Made by a program: the position numbers and the translations under genes. Under the pieces are notes generated by a model, which had not been told where the DNA came from, made no database searches, and saw nothing but the letters and a program-made list of their open reading frames with translations. Source: Takakia lepidozioides (Eukaryota; Plantae; Bryophyta). From it: 64,000 bases of DNA. The stretch covers positions 5,270,001 through 5,334,000 of the forward strand of contig CM060734.1 in NCBI GenBank assembly GCA_030704615.1. The letters are read 5' to 3'. Within the stretch, counting starts at the first letter, position 1. Each line of letters begins with the position of its first letter. Positions 1 through 13,906 of this stretch are shown here, in pieces.

Positions 1-3000
1 TTGTGGTTGAAGCCCCTCTTTTGCCCGCACGTGCGCGACACATGTGCGGAGACACAACAGACGAATAAATCATTTGCCTCCCCATCGACGCGCTCCCCCC
101 TCAAGCCATTCCACATTTTTAATTGAATTCAAATCTATTTCAAGCCAATAAATAGGTTTGCACTGCCTTTCAGTGGGGGTTTCTGGCACGTATCGATTTT
201 GTTTTTGGCTCAATTTTGTTCTGCGGCTTCCAGCATCCCACGGCTACTCCCCCGCCAAAATTTGGACCAATCAAAAATGCCCCCCCAAAAAAGGTGTTCT
301 CTTTTCGCTCACTATTGCAGAACTCTCTATGAAGAGTGCATGAAGTAGAACCAAATCAAGTTTGGAGTGCAAAACAGGGAAGAAACTGTGGTTTTGGGTC
401 CAAATGAATTTTGATCGCTCCCAAATTTGGCACGCACATTGCGTATGGCTACATTACACGCCCCATTCAAAAACGGATGAAAAACAAATCGTGAGCACGC
501 GAAACACAGTCCAACAGGTCCCAAAGCAATAGCAGCTCCAACAGAATACATTCAACGGGTGAACGGATGGTTGCCCATCCAAATCATTTTTGTTAGCTTC
601 CAAACTTTGCCAGCACGTTCCAGACACCCTCTCACAGGTCCCGGACTAAATATCAGATCAATCGAAAATTCATTCGGATGGCTCAACGGATGGTTGGCCA
701 TCGAAATGATTTGGTTCGCTTTGAGACTTGGCCACTATGTTCAACGTGCCATGTAAGAGGCCCCAGAGTAATATGAGATCAATCGAAATTCGTTCAATGG
801 GCCAACGGATGGTTGCCCATCCAAATGATTTCGTTCGCTTTCAAACCTTGGCCAGCGTGTTCAATGTACCCTCTGATACGTCCCAGTGTAATACGAGATC
901 AATCGAAAATCGTTCCATTGTCCAATGAGGCGTTCACTTGTCATCTGGTTTTTGTTCAATGCGAAAAAGAAATCGTGCAATGCGTGCACGGCTATTGCAC
1001 CCATTGAACGGTTGTGGTTGAAGCCCCTCTTTTGCCCGCACGTGCGCGACACATGTGGCGAGACACAACAGACGAATAAATCATTTGCCTCCCCATCGAC
1101 GCGCTCCCCCCCAAGCCATTCCACATTTTTAATTGAATTCAAATTATTTTAAGCCAATAAATAGGTTTGCACTGCCTTTCAGTGGGGGTTTTCTGGCACG
1201 TATCGATTTTGTTTTTGGCTCAATTTTGTTCTGCGGCTTCCAGCATCCCACGGCTACTCCCCCGCCAAAATTTGGACCAATCAAAAATGCCCCCCCCAAA
1301 AGGTGTTCTCTTTTTTCGCTCACTATTGCAGAACTCTCTATGAAGAGTGCATGAAGAACACAAATCAAGTTTGGAGTGCAAAAGGGAAGAAACTGTGGTT
1401 TTGGGTCCAAATGAATTTTGATCGCTCCCAAATTTGGCACGCACATTGCATATGGCTACATTACACGCCCCCATTCAAAAACGGATGAAAAACAAATCGT
1501 GAGCACGCGAAACACAGTCCAACAGGTCCCAAACAATAGCAGCTCCAACAGAATACATTCAACGGGTGAACGGATGGTTGCCCATCCAAATCATTTTTGT
1601 TAGCTTCCAAACTTTGCCAGCACGTTCCAGACACCCTCTCAGGTCCCGGACTAATATCAGATCAATCGAAAATTCATTCGGATGGCTCAACGGAGGGTTG
1701 GCCATCGAAATGATTTTGGTTCGCTTTGAGACTTGGCCACTATGTTCAACGTGCCATGTAAGAGGCCCCAGAGTAATATGAGATCAATCGAAATTCGTTC
1801 AATGGGCCAACGGATGGTTGCCCATCCAAATGATTTTCGTTCGCTTTCAAAACCTTGGCCAGCGTGTCAATGTACCCTCTGATACGTCCCAGTGTAATAC
1901 GAGATCAATCGAAAATCGTTCCATTGTCCAATGAGGCGTTCACTTGTCATCTGGTTTTTGTTCAATGCGAAAAAGAAATCCTGCAATGCGTGCACGGCTA
2001 TTGCACCCATTGAACGGTTGTGGTTGAAGCCCCTCTTTTGCCCGCACGTGCGCGACACATGTGCGGAGACACAACAGACGAATAAATCATTTGCCTCCCC
2101 ATCGACGCGCTCCCCCCTCAAGCCATTCCACATTTTTAATTGAATTTAAATCTATTTCAAGCCAATAAATAGGTTTGCACTGCCTTTCCCACGGCTACTC
2201 CCCCGCCAAAATTTGGACCAATCAAAAATGCCCCCCCAAAAAAGGTGTTCTCTTTTCGCTCACTATTGCAGAACTCTCTATGAAGAGTGCATGAAGTAGA
2301 ACACAAATCAAGTTTGGAGTGCAAAACAGGGAAGAAACTGTGGTTTTGGGTCCAAATGAATTTTGATCGCTCCCAAATTTGGCACGCACATTGCATATGG
2401 CTACATTACACGCCCCATTCAAAAACGGGATGAAAAACAAATCGTGAGCACGCGAAACACAGTCCAACAGGTCCCAAAGCAATAGCAGCTCCAACAGAAT
2501 ACATTCAACGGGTGAACGGATGGTTGCCCATCCAAATCATTTTTGTTAGCTTCCAAACTTTGCCAGCACGTTCCAGACACCCTCTCACAGGTCCCGGACT
2601 AAATATCAGATCAATCGAAAATTCATTCGATGGCTCAACGGATGGTTGGCCATCGAAATGATTTTGGTTCGCTTTGAGACTTGGCCACTATGTTCAATGT
2701 GCCATGTAAGAGGCCCCAGAGTAATATGAGATCAATCGAAATTCGTTCAATGGGCCAACGGATGGTTGCCCATCCAAATGATTTTCGTTCGCTTTCAAAC
2801 CTTGGCCAGTGTGTTCAATGTACCCTCTGATACGTCCCAGTGTAATACGAGATCAATCGAAAATCGTTCCATTGTCCAATGAGGCGTTCACTTGTCATCT
2901 GGTTTTTGTTCAATGCGAAAAAGAAATCCTGCAATGCGTGCACGGCTATTGCACCCATTGAACGGTTGTGGTTGAAGCCCCTCTTTTGCCCGCACGTGCG

Positions 3001-6000
3001 CGACATGTGCGGAGACACAACAGACGAATAAATCATTTGCCTCCCCATCGACGCGCTCCCCCCTCAAGCCATTCCACATTTTTAATTGAATTAAATTTAT
3101 TTTAAGCCAATAAATAGGTTTGCACTGCCTTTCAGTGGGGGTTTCTGGCACGTATCGATTTTGTTTTTGGCTCAATTTTGTTCTGCGGCTTCCAGCATCC
3201 CACGGCTACTCCCCCGCCAAAATTTGGACCAATCAAAAATGCCCCCCCAAAAAGGTGTTCTCTTTTCGCTCACTATTGCAGAACTCTCTATGAAGAGTGC
3301 ATGAAGTAGAACACAAATCAAGTTTGGAGTGCAAAACAGGGAAGAAACTGTGGTTTTGGGTCCAAATGAATTTTGATCGCTCCCAAATTTGGCACGCACA
3401 TTGCATATGGCTACATTACACGCCCCATTCAAAAACGGGAATGAAAAACAAATCGTGAGCACGCGAAACACAGTCCAACAGGTCCCAAAGCAATAGCAGC
3501 TCCAACAGAATACATTCAACGGGTGAACGGATGGTTGCCCATCCAAATCATTTTTGTTAGCTTCCAAACTTTGCCAGCACGTTCCAGACACCCTCTCAGG
3601 TCCCGGACTAATATCAGATCAATCGAAAATTCATTCGATGGCTCAACGGATGGTTGGCCATCGAAATGATTTTGGTTCGCTTTGAGACTTGGCCACTATG
3701 TTCAATGTGCCATGTAAGAGGCCCCAGAGTAATATGAGATCAATCGAAATTCGTTCAATGGGCCAACGGATGGTTGCCCATCCAAATGATTTTCGTTCGC
3801 TTTCAAACCTTGGCCAGCGTGTTCAATGTACCCTCTGATACGTCCCAGTGTAATACGAGATCAATCGAAAATCGTTCCATTGTCCAATGAGGCGTTCACT
3901 TGTCATCTGGTTTTTGTTCAATGCGAAAAAGAAATCCTGCAATGCGTGCACGGCTATTGCACCCATTGAACGGTTGTGGTTGAAGCCCCTCTTTTGCCCG
4001 CACGTGCTGACACATGTGCGGAGACACAACAGACGAATAAATCATTTGCCTCCCCATCGACGCGCTCCCCCCTCAAGCCATTCCACATTTTTAATTGAAT
4101 TTAAATTATTTTAAGCCAATAAATAGGTTTGCACTGCCTTTCAGTGGGGTTTTCTGGCACGTATCGATTTTGTTTTTGGCTCAATTTTGTTCTGCGGCTT
4201 CCAGCATCCCACGGCTACTCCCCCGCCAAAATTTGGACCAATCAAAAATGCCCCCCCAAAAAAGGTGTTCTCTTTTCGCTCACTATTGCAGAACTCTCTA
4301 TGAAGAGTGCATGAAGTAGAACACAAATCAAGTTTGGAGTGCAAAACAGGGAAGAAACTGTGGTTTTGGGTCCAAATGAATTTTGATCGCTCCCAAATTT
4401 GGCACGCACATTGCATATGGCTACATTACACGCCCCATTCAAAAACGGATGAAAAACAAATCGTGAGCACGCGAAACACAGTCCAACAGGTCCCAAAGCA
4501 ATAGCAGCTCCAACAGAATACATTCAACGGGTGAACGGATGGTTGCCCATCCAAATCATTTTTGTTAGCTTCCAAACTTTGCCAGCACGTTCCAGACACC
4601 CTCTCACAGGTCCCGGACTAATATCAGATCAATCGAAAATTCATTCGATGGCTCAACGGATGGTTGGCCATCGAAATGATTTTGGTTCGCTTTGAGACTT
4701 GGCCACTATGTTCAATTGCCATGTAAGAGGCCCCAGAGTAATATGAGATCAATCGAAATTCGTTCAATGGGCCAACGGATGGTTGCCCATCCAAATGATT
4801 TTCGTTCGCTTTCAAACCTTGGCCAGTGTGTTCAATGTACCCTCTGATACGTCCCAGTGTAATACGAGATCAATCGAAAATCGTTCCATTGTCCAATGAG
4901 GCGTTCACTTGTCATCTGGTTTTTTTTCAATGCGAAAAAGAAATCCTGCAATGCGTGCACGGCTATTGCACCCATTGAACGGTTGTGGTTGAAGCCCCTC
5001 TTTTGCCCGCACGTGCGCGACACATGTGCGGAGACACAACAGACGAATAAATCATTTGCCTCCCCATCGACGCGCCCCCCCAAGCCATTCCACATTTTTA
5101 ATTGAATTTAAATTATTTTAAGCCAATAAAATAGGTTTGCACTGCCTTTCAGTGGGGGTTTCTGGCACGTATCGATTTTGTTTTTGGCTCAATTTTGTTC
5201 TGCGGCTTCCAGCATCCCACGGCTACTCCCGCCAAAATTTGGACCAATCAAAAATGCCCCCCCAAAAAAGGTGTTCTCTTTTCGCTCACTATTGCAGAAC
5301 TCTCTATGAAGAGTGCATGAAGTAGAACACAAATCAAGTTTGGAGTGCAAAACAGGGAAGAAACTGTGGTTTTGGGTCCAAATGAATTTTGATCGCTCCC
5401 AAATTTGGCACGCACATTGCATATGGCTACATTACACGCCCCATTCAAAAACGGAATGAAAAACAAATCGTGAGCACGCGAAACACAGTCCAACAGGTCC
5501 CAAAGCAATAGCAGCTCCAACAGAATACATTCAACGGGTGAACGGATGGTTGCCCATCCAAATCATTTTTGTTAGCTTCCAAACTTTGCCAGCACGTTCC
5601 AGACACCCTCTCACAGGTCCCGGACTAATATCAGATCAATCGAAAATTCATTCGATGGCTCAACGGAGGTTGGCCATCGAAATGATTTTGGTTCGCTTTG
5701 AGACTTGGCCACTATGTTCAATGTGCCATGTAAGAGGCCCCAGAGTAATATGAGATCAATCGAAATTCGTTCAATGGGCCAACGGATGGTTGCCCATCCA
5801 AATGATTTTCGTTCGCTTTCAAACCTTGGCCAGTGTGTTCAATGTACCCTCTGATACGTCCCAGTGTAATACGAGATCAATCGAAAATCGTTCCATTGTC
5901 CAATGAGGCGTTCACTTGTCATCTGGTTTTTGTTCAATGCGAAAAAAAATCCTGCAATGCGTGCACGGCTATTGCACCCATTGAACGGTTGTGGTTGAAG

Positions 6001-7423
6001 CCCCTCTTTTGCCCGCACGTGCGCGACACATGTGCGGAGACACAACAGACGAATAAATCATTTGCCTCCCCATCGACGCGCTCCCCCCTCAAGCCATTCC
6101 ACATTTTTAATTGAATTTAAATTTATTTTAAGCCAATAAATAGGTTTGCACTGCCTTTCAGTGGGGGTTTCTGGCACGTATCGATTTGTTTTTGGCTCAA
6201 TTTTGTTCTGCGGCTTCCAGCATCCCACGGCTACTCCCCCGCCAAAATTTGGACCAATCAAAAATGCCCCCCAAAAAGGTGTTCTCTTTTCGCTCACTAT
6301 TGCAGAACTCTCTATGAAGAGTGCATGAAGTAGAAACAAATCAAGTTTGGAGTGCAAAACAGGGAAGAAACTGTGGTTTTGGGTCCAAATGAATTTTGAT
6401 CGCTCCCAAATTTGGCACGCACATTGCATATGGCTACATTACACGCCCCATTCAAAAACGGAATGAAAAACAAATCGTGAGCACGCGAAACACAGTCCAA
6501 CAGGTCCCAAAGCAATAGCAGCTCCACAGAATACATTCAACGGGTGAACGGATGGTTGCCCATCCAAATCATTTTTGTTAGCTTCCAAACTTTGCCAGCA
6601 CGTTCCAGACACCCTCTCACAGGTCCCGGACTAATATCAGATCAATCGAAAATTCATTCGGATGGCTCAACGGATGGTTGGCCATCGAAATGATTTTGGT
6701 TCGCTTTGAGACTTGGCCACTATGTTCAATGTGCCATGTAAGAGGCCCCAGAGTAATATGAGATCAATCGAAATTCGTTCAATGGGCCAACGGATGGTTG
6801 CCCATCCAAATGATTTTCGTTCGCTTTCAAACCTTGGCCAGGTGTTCAATGTACCCCTGATACGTCCCAGTGTAATACGATCAATCGAAAATCGTTCCAT
6901 TGTCCAATGAGGCGTTCACTTGTCATCTGGTTTTTGTTCAATGCGAAAAGAAATCGTGCAATGCTGCACGGCTATTGCACCCATTGAACGGTTGTGGTTG
7001 AAGCCCCTCTTTTGCCCGCATTGCGACACGTGTGCGAGACACAACAGACGAATAAATCATTTGCCTCCCCATCGACGCGCTCCCCCCTCAAGCCATTCCA
7101 CATTTTTAATTGAATTTAAATTTATTTTAAGCCAATAAATAGGTTGCACTGCCTTTCAGTGGGGGTTTCTGCACGTATCGATTTTGTTTTTGGCTCAATT
7201 TTGTTCTGCGGCTTCCAGCATCCCCACGGCTACTCCCCCGCCAAAATTTGGACCAATCAAAATGCCCCCCCAAAAAAGGTGTTCTCTTTTCGCTCACTAT
7301 TGCAGAACTCTCTATGAAGAGTGCATGAAGTAGAACACAAATCAAGTTTGGAGTGCAAACAGGGAGAAACTGTGGTTTTGGGTCCAAATTTTGATCGCTC
7401 CCAAATTTGGCACGCACATTGCA
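1..7423. repeat. Tandem satellite array, ~1,006-bp unit, ~7.4 copies visible (continues off the left edge)
   Basis: TTGTGGTTGAAGCCCCTC recurs at about 1, 1012, 2018, 2966, 3974, 4983, 5989 and 6992. Units are near-identical apart from homopolymer indels. The third unit has a ~60-70-bp deletion at ~2187. The array stops abruptly at ~7423. Confidence 0.97.
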
Positions 7424-8133
7424 TGGGTGGGTGGCTTTGTTTGAACCACCACTTCTTTAGTTTCTTGCCCATTGGTCCAATGAGGGGAGTAGGTCAGCTG
7501 CCACTGTGATTTACTCACTTTGCTGCTTTGGCCCTGCATTGTTACATGTCCATCCTTAGTGCAGGACGGTTCTGCTCAGGCATGCTTTGGCCTGAAAAAA
7601 TCACCGGAAGTGCAAAAATAAGAGCCCATGTGCACTTCAGGCATCCTCCATTGAAACTATTCAACTGAAGTATACTTCTCGGCATAAATTCAAGCAATCC
7701 GTGTCAAAAAGACTCAAGAAGCAAGACTTACACGAAGGCCAAGTGCAAAAGATGGCCTCTTTTCTGATGGACAGAATCCCCTTTTTCCTTTCATTGTAGA
7801 AAAAAAAACAGGTTGTTGCAGTGACCGCATCTAGTACTTTGCCACTTCTATCCCACTCTGGAGCACAAAGACTCATAATCTACCAAAATTTCACCAAAAA
7901 CTAATCAAACAAGCTCTGGAATGAAACACTAATTCAAGCATGTACTTGACAAACATGTCCATAGAAAAATAACTTAGTTGGTGAGGCCAGTCAATGCAAG
8001 TCGCCCCCCTCCAAAAGTTCCCAAACCAAGAGACATGTCCAGATCTTCGAATGACTAGCAAAGAAGGTCACTTGCACCATCAACCTTCAAGCCACAGACT
8101 GGTATCAAGTACGAGACACTGAACCTGTGATGT

Positions 8134-10330
8134 TCATGTCAAAATACATCTGCTTGGCTGGTGAATCTTCGTGAAACAGAATTCTGCCGCATCCAAGTGC
8201 TCCACCCAGTCTGAGTGGTCTGCCAACACATAATTCCGCAAGATCTGCTTCACCACAGAATTCACTCTTTCCGTTTGGCCGTCCATTGTAGGTTGGAAGG
8301 CCGTGCTCATCTCGAGCCTCGTCCCCATTTTCTTCCAAAGTGCCCTCCAAAATTTACTTTTAAACTTTGGATCGCGGTCCGAGACAATATCCTTTGGGAG
8401 TCCATGATGCTTGAAGACGTGGACGAAGTGAAGTCGCCCCGTCTCTTGCGCTGTTGCCGTCTCCTTGGTGGGGATGAAATGACCCACTTTACTGAACCTA
8501 TCCACCACCACCATGATTGCATCGAATCCTTTTGACAGCGGCAAAGTAGTCATGAAATCCATCGAGACACTTTCCCAAGACCCCTCTGGAATCGGCAAGG
8601 GTTGTAACAGCCCCGCTTGCTTTTTGTACTCGCTCTGGTTTTATTGGCATGTGGTGCATGTCTTGACATACTCCTCGGCCTCCTCCCTCAGTTTGGGCCA
8701 AAAATACTTTTTCTTCAAGAGTGCCGCGGTGTGCTTGGCTTTGCCGTGGCCCGCAAGCGGGCCATCATGGCATTCTCTCAAGAGACTATCTCTGATCCCT
8801 CCCTTCGGCACGTAGAGACGCTTTTGCTTATACCGGAGCAGTCCATTGTGCAAGTGGAACTGCGATTTAACCCCCAACCTCAAGTCCTGCATCACGGACT
8901 TCACCATCTCATCCTTCCGGTAAGCCTTCCGGATCATCTTTTGGAGCGCCGTCTCGCCCCTGTATACCAACATGAGCTGCTGCTTTCTACTTAAAGCATC
9001 GGCCACCACGTTGTCCCATCCCGATTTGTACTGGATATCCACGTCAAACACTGCCAAAGTGTCTTGTCACCTAAGTTGTTTTGGGGACAACTTAGGCTGT
9101 GTGGCAAAATACTTCACCGTGACATTGTCCGTGAACACCTTCACCGGGTTGGAACCAACATAGTGGTGCCAAAGCTCAAGGCAATGTACCACCGCCTTCA
9201 TTTCTTTCTTGTGCGTAGGCCACCGTCGCTCCACTTCATTCAGTTTCTTATTTTTGTAAGCCACTGGACGTCCATCCTGCATGAGCACACCCCCAATTGT
9301 GAAGTCCAATGCATCTGTATGAATCTCAAATGGACGGTCGAACTCCGGGATTTTCAGGACTAGAGCTTCCGCCATCCGCTCCTTCAACTCGGCAAAAGCT
9401 GTTCCATACCCATACCTTGGACTTACACAGAAGGTCTGACAGCAGCCCCGCGATCTTGGCAAAATTTCTCACATACTTTCGGTAATAGGAGGCAAGTCCT
9501 AGGAAGGATCGCACTCCCGGGACCGAAGTCGGAGGCTCCCAGTCCAAGATCGCCCTCACCTTTCTGTCATCCATTTTGATCCCATCCTGTGTAATCACAT
9601 GTCTTAAGAACTCCACTTTTGTGACCCCGAATTCGCACTTTGAAGCTTTGGCATACAGCTTCCCTTCCCGCAATTTCTAGAATACTCTTTTGAGGTGTTC
9701 CAGGTGCTCTTCCTTTGTTTTCGAATACACCAAGATGTCGTCGATGTACATGATCACAAAGTCATCCAACCACTCCTGGAAAAGGCTATTCATTAGCGTG
9801 CTAAAGGTCGCGGGGGCGTTGGTGAGCCCAAAAGGCATCACCAAGAACTCATATGAACCATATCTTGTCATGCACGTGGTCTTCTCATCATCTCCCTCCG
9901 CCACTCGGATTTGATGGTAACCTGAGCGCAAATCGATCCGGCTGAAATACTTTCCTCCTACCAACCGATCGAAGAGGTCGTGATCCTTGGCAAAAGGTAC
10001 CGATTTTTTATAGTCACCTTATTCAGAGCCCTGTAATCGACACACATCCGCAGCGTCCCATCCTTCTTGTCTGCTAATAGCACCGGGGCTCCGTAAGGTG
10101 ACTTACTCGGCCGGATGTACCCCTTTAACATTAGATCCTTGAGCTGGGCCTTCAACTCGACCAACTCTCTGTGGCTCAACCGGTAGGGCGCCTTAGCAGG
10201 CGGCTCCGATCCCGGTATCACCTCTATCTTGTGGTCAACTCCTCTTCGCGGTGGCAAGCCGCTTGGTAAATCCTCCGGCATCACATCCTGGTATTTCTCC
10301 AGGATCCCCTTGATCCAATGTGGGCTAGGC
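8134..10330 (-). pseudogene. Frameshifted pol (RT-RNaseH-integrase)
   Basis: Consecutive ORF pieces 9958-10284, 9677-9964, 9326-9673, 9067-9462, 8641-9057 and 8134-8598 carry successive pol motifs separated by stops or frameshifts. Confidence 0.92.
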
Positions 10331-10344
10331 TCCCTATCGACTTC

Positions 10345-12030
10345 TCATTCCACTTGTCTTACGTAAAGCAAAAACTGGGGCTCGTGTGGCTCCTCCACTG
10401 CCCACTTCTTTGCTGTCAGCAGGTTTATTCGCCCTCCCACTCGGTTGGGCATTTCCGACACCCGTAAAACTTTGCCACCATTCCCACACGGTAGCGTGAC
10501 TATTCTCTTGCGACCATCTATGACTGCTCCGGATTTGCTCAAAAAGGTCATCCCCAAAAGGAGATCCACTCCATCGATCTCGCAAATGGTGAAGTTCTCA
10601 CGTCCCTCCCAACTCCCCAGCTGAAGAGGAACATCAAACGCCAACCTCGTCGCCAGTTGTGGTTCTCCTTTGGCAAAACGCACTTCAATTGAGGCCCCTA
10701 CATCACTTGTCGGGAGCCCCAGCTTCCGTGCCGTTGCCGGTGTCATGAAGGAGTGCGACGCTCCTGTATCCACCAACAACGACACGTTAGTTCCGGAAAT
10801 TATCCCACTCACGAACATTAACTGAGTCCCTTTACGCAAGGGGCCAGTCTCCTGATACAACTCATAAGAGTAGTTGCTTACCTTGCAAGTCTTGGCAACC
10901 ACCGCTTCCACCAAGCGGCTGATGGAATCTTCGGACAGCTCCGTGGTCACCCGAGTCATGTTCAATTGTCGGGGTTTTGCGCACTTCTTGGCCATGTGCC
11001 CGGGCTCCCCGCAATTAAAGCACACTCCATCGAAGGTCGCCTTCTCGCCATAAGCCGTTGTACCTGATTTTTCTTTCGGAGCACCGGGTGCCGCCTTGAC
11101 GTGTGAAGGCCCTCCCTTCGATTTCCATGTGTCATTGTCGCCGCGTGGCCTATCCCACTTCTTTTCCGGTCGGAAGGAGTCACCCTCCCGCCGGGTTTTC
11201 TTGTGGTTCAGCTCCGTACGGCCTTGTCTTTCGCCCCTAGGGACATCCGAGAAACATTCAGCCTTTTCAATTGCCTCGTTCAAAGTCTTAGGTGGCTTCT
11301 CCTCCAACTTCCGCCTGGCCCATGGGGCTAGTCCCACCACAAAGTTGAAGACCATTTCTGGTTTTGCCATATCCGCAACTTCGAGCAACAACACATTGAA
11401 AGCCTGAACATATCCCCGAATGTCATCCGTTTGCTTCAAATTCCTCACCTTGTTTTGGGCAAGCCAGGATGCGTTGAGGGGCACAAACTGTCTTTTCATA
11501 AATTCCTTGAACCCACTCCAGCTCAAGGTTTCTGGGTTTGGACCTTGGTCATGAAGACGTTTTTGCCACCATTGTTGAGCATAGCCCCTCAAATAGGTGG
11601 GGGCCACTTCCACCCAATCCTCGTCACTCAACTTGGCCGCCCGGAAGTACTGCTCTAGCTCCAAGAGCCAGGTGTTGAGTGCCTTCCGATTTCGGACGCC
11701 CTTGAAGGTGTCGGGTTCCTTAGGCTTCACCTTAAACTTTGCCTTAGTGGAAGTGGCATTAACCGCCCTCAACACGTCTTTCAACGTCCCGCCAAACTGC
11801 GCCAACAACCCTTCCCAAAAGGCTGCTGGCATGGGATGCATCCGTTGGTTTGGTGAGGCCTCTAGGAAGTCCTCACACTCCGACTCCCCAAATTCCTCCC
11901 GTTTTTGAGCGGCCTTGCTTTCAGAAGCATAAATCAATTGCCGCTTCGGTGACACGTCGCCCCCACTGGGCTCACCGGGATCATCATCTTTCGGGCCGTT
12001 CCGCTTTCGCTTAGTCTTGCCCGACCCCAT
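10345..12030 (-). CDS. Gag-protease ORF of the Ty3/Gypsy element
   Basis: ORF 10345..12144, probable ATG at 12030 (MGSGK). Retrotransposon Gag motifs (PDTFKG, AQQWW, LKQT..IRGYV..F), CCHC knuckle, DTGA protease. Confidence 0.88.
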   Translation of the reverse strand: MGSGKTKRKRNGPKDDDPGEPSGGDVSPKRQLIYASESKAAQKREEFGESECEDFLEASPNQRMHPMPAAFWEGLLAQFGGTLKDVLRAVNATSTKAKFKVKPKEPDTFKGVRNRKALNTWLLELEQYFRAAKLSDEDWVEVAPTYLRGYAQQWWQKRLHDQGPNPETLSWSGFKEFMKRQFVPLNASWLAQNKVRNLKQTDDIRGYVQAFNVLLLEVADMAKPEMVFNFVVGLAPWARRKLEEKPPKTLNEAIEKAECFSDVPRGERQGRTELNHKKTRREGDSFRPEKKWDRPRGDNDTWKSKGGPSHVKAAPGAPKEKSGTTAYGEKATFDGVCFNCGEPGHMAKKCAKPRQLNMTRVTTELSEDSISRLVEAVVAKTCKVSNYSYELYQETGPLRKGTQLMFVSGIISGTNVSLLVDTGASHSFMTPATARKLGLPTSDVGASIEVRFAKGEPQLATRLAFDVPLQLGSWEGRENFTICEIDGVDLLLGMTFLSKSGAVIDGRKRIVTLPCGNGGKVLRVSEMPNRVGGRINLLTAKKWAVEEPHEPQFLLYVRQVE

Positions 12031-12057
12031 GATGAGGCCGATCTCAAGGACGATCGC

Positions 12058-12757
12058 ACCCTTCATATCATAGATACTCGCTTTGATGCGCGCGCCTAAC
12101 TCCCAAATTGGCCGCCGAGCCAACTCGGAGCTTCGGCTGCTCACCGGGACATAACGGTCCCCCTTTGCTCCTCCACAAGACCCTCGCTCACTTTGGGCCT
12201 AGTGGAAATTCCCTTTGGTTGTTGGCAGTCCGGAACAGCTCCCCACACCTTGGTCGCTTTCCGGCTCGCACGCTTACTCACTAGTTTTTGGTCACCAATG
12301 GGCTTGCACCGTTCTCGTGGTTATTACTCCCTATATATACTTCTTTGACTGTCCGTGAGGGTTTCACAAACAACACCGTCTTTTTATGGCGAACCACCAC
12401 GAAGACCCTTGACTCCCGGTGATGAGTCGCGGTGAGTCTTGGCCCACCCACCACGGCCCCAATGGACCGTGATGAGTCCCAAGACTCCCCACGACTCCCA
12501 TCACAAGGTCTCTGCCCCATGGTGAGTCCTATGCCACCCCCACTAAGACCCACTAAGCTACCACCACCCCTCGTGGAACCACCCCCACCGCAACCCTGTG
12601 TGCGGGGCTCCACCTAGTGAGCGCCTTCGCCTCCTTGAGTGCCTTGGGCATTCAAGGGTGCTTCAGCCCCTGTACCCATTGTTGCCACTGCCCCCACCAC
12701 AGGGGCAACCCCTCTTGTGTCCCGACCCCCCTGCCCTCAAGGCAAAGGGCAGCGACA
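12058..12757 (-). repeat. 5' LTR of the Ty3/Gypsy element (same family as the solo LTR at 50481-51204)
   Basis: The reverse complement aligns by eye with 50481-~51178 and begins TGTCGC. The last ~25 bp of the LTR (ending CGCGACA in the solo copy) are not found here. Confidence 0.9.
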
Positions 12758-12877
12758 CACAAGGTCTGACATAAAGCAAAGTTGTCCCAACCTAGCTGAA
12801 CAAAATCTTCTTGAAAAATGGATTATAATGAATCAGACACTCCAACATGGCAGCTGTTTTTCCTGGTACAGCCGTAC

Positions 12878-13038
12878 CTCTTCAAACGTCGTATTTGTTT
12901 CAAACAGCTTGAATGTTTGAAGCATCTAAAAACCATCGGAGCACCAAATAAGGGATGCATATCCAGCAAAGAGGGGCCCTGACACTGGGATTTGGATCGT
13001 CGTCTTGAGATTCTTCCCAGAGCAAAGACAAGAACAAC
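12878..13038 (-). pseudogene. Probable degenerate exon of an unidentified host gene
   Basis: Bounded by TTGCAG| and |GTACGG. Reads protein-like across frameshifts (LSLLWEESQDDDPNPSVRAPLCWI...QTFKLFETNTTFEE). Family not recognised. Confidence 0.35.
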
Positions 13039-13906
13039 CTGCAAGACAGTCTTGCTAACACTTAGGATCTCCAGAGGTAGATTTGAGTGCCACTGTGTAT
13101 CCTGAGTATCTCCTCTGCACTGACGCAGTTGCACAGAGTAGGCCTCCAGGCTTTCATTATGCAGAAAACGCATGGAAAGCAAGGCACAGTGTGGAACTGA
13201 AGAAGGTGCTAAGAAACTTTTAAGCAATATCTTCTCAAGGGAAGACAAACTGACACAATGCCAGCCAATAAGAACCACAAGTCACACAAGGAGATAAGCA
13301 CAGTCTATCTGCAAGCTAGTCAGCTAGTCCTTCGTTGCTGACATTTATTGATGTCAAAATTCTGGCCCTCAATTAAGATCCTCTAAGCACATAAATCCTC
13401 TTCAGAAACTAAGATGTACTTTGCGAGTCCATGCATGCACATAACCCCAAGCACAGTCCTCCAGACCAAGAACTCAGAAGGAACTCATAAAATCCAAATC
13501 AGACAACTTTTGGATAAGCCAAGAAAGATACCCCAGATGTGGATGAGGGAGCTCAGTTGCAGGACAAACTGTCCCCTAGATGATACTCCATCTCTAAACT
13601 TTCTCCCAACCGAACGTAGCCCTATATGCAACTTAATGTACAGTTTCTGTATAGGGAGTGGCAACTCTTCACAGCTTTGACAAATGGTTCCAGGTCTGAG
13701 AGGTACGATGCAGGCTCAAAACTGCTTGTGAGATTGGCAGAGACTACATGTTATTTCCAAGAACCAAGTTCAGAAGCGGGTTCCTAGAGCGTCGAAGTCC
13801 AACGTCAACCAATGACGGACAACCGCAGACTTTCCCAATCTGAAGATATAAAACACACGCATATATGCAGATGTGAATTTTCATTGTGCTGACTGCCAAG
13901 GAGTAC

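Larger units (their letters stand above)
8170..12757 (-). mobile_element. Degenerate Ty3/Gypsy LTR retrotransposon (chromovirus-like, Tcn1/Galadriel type), 3'-truncated inside integrase
   Basis: Domain order Gag-CCHC (CFNCGEPGHMAKKC)-PR (LVDTGASH)-RT ([21 protein letters not shown])-RNaseH (IHTDA)-INT (HHCC, VSMDF, VSDRD, GQTER). The 5' LTR starts TGTCGC at 12757. No 3' LTR is present. Confidence 0.93.

Noticed and set aside
158-7417. Dozens of short ORFs in the satellite; possible CRISPR or 5S array
   Set aside because: The ORFs change with indels from unit to unit. There are no unique spacers, no cas genes and no recognisable 5S sequence.
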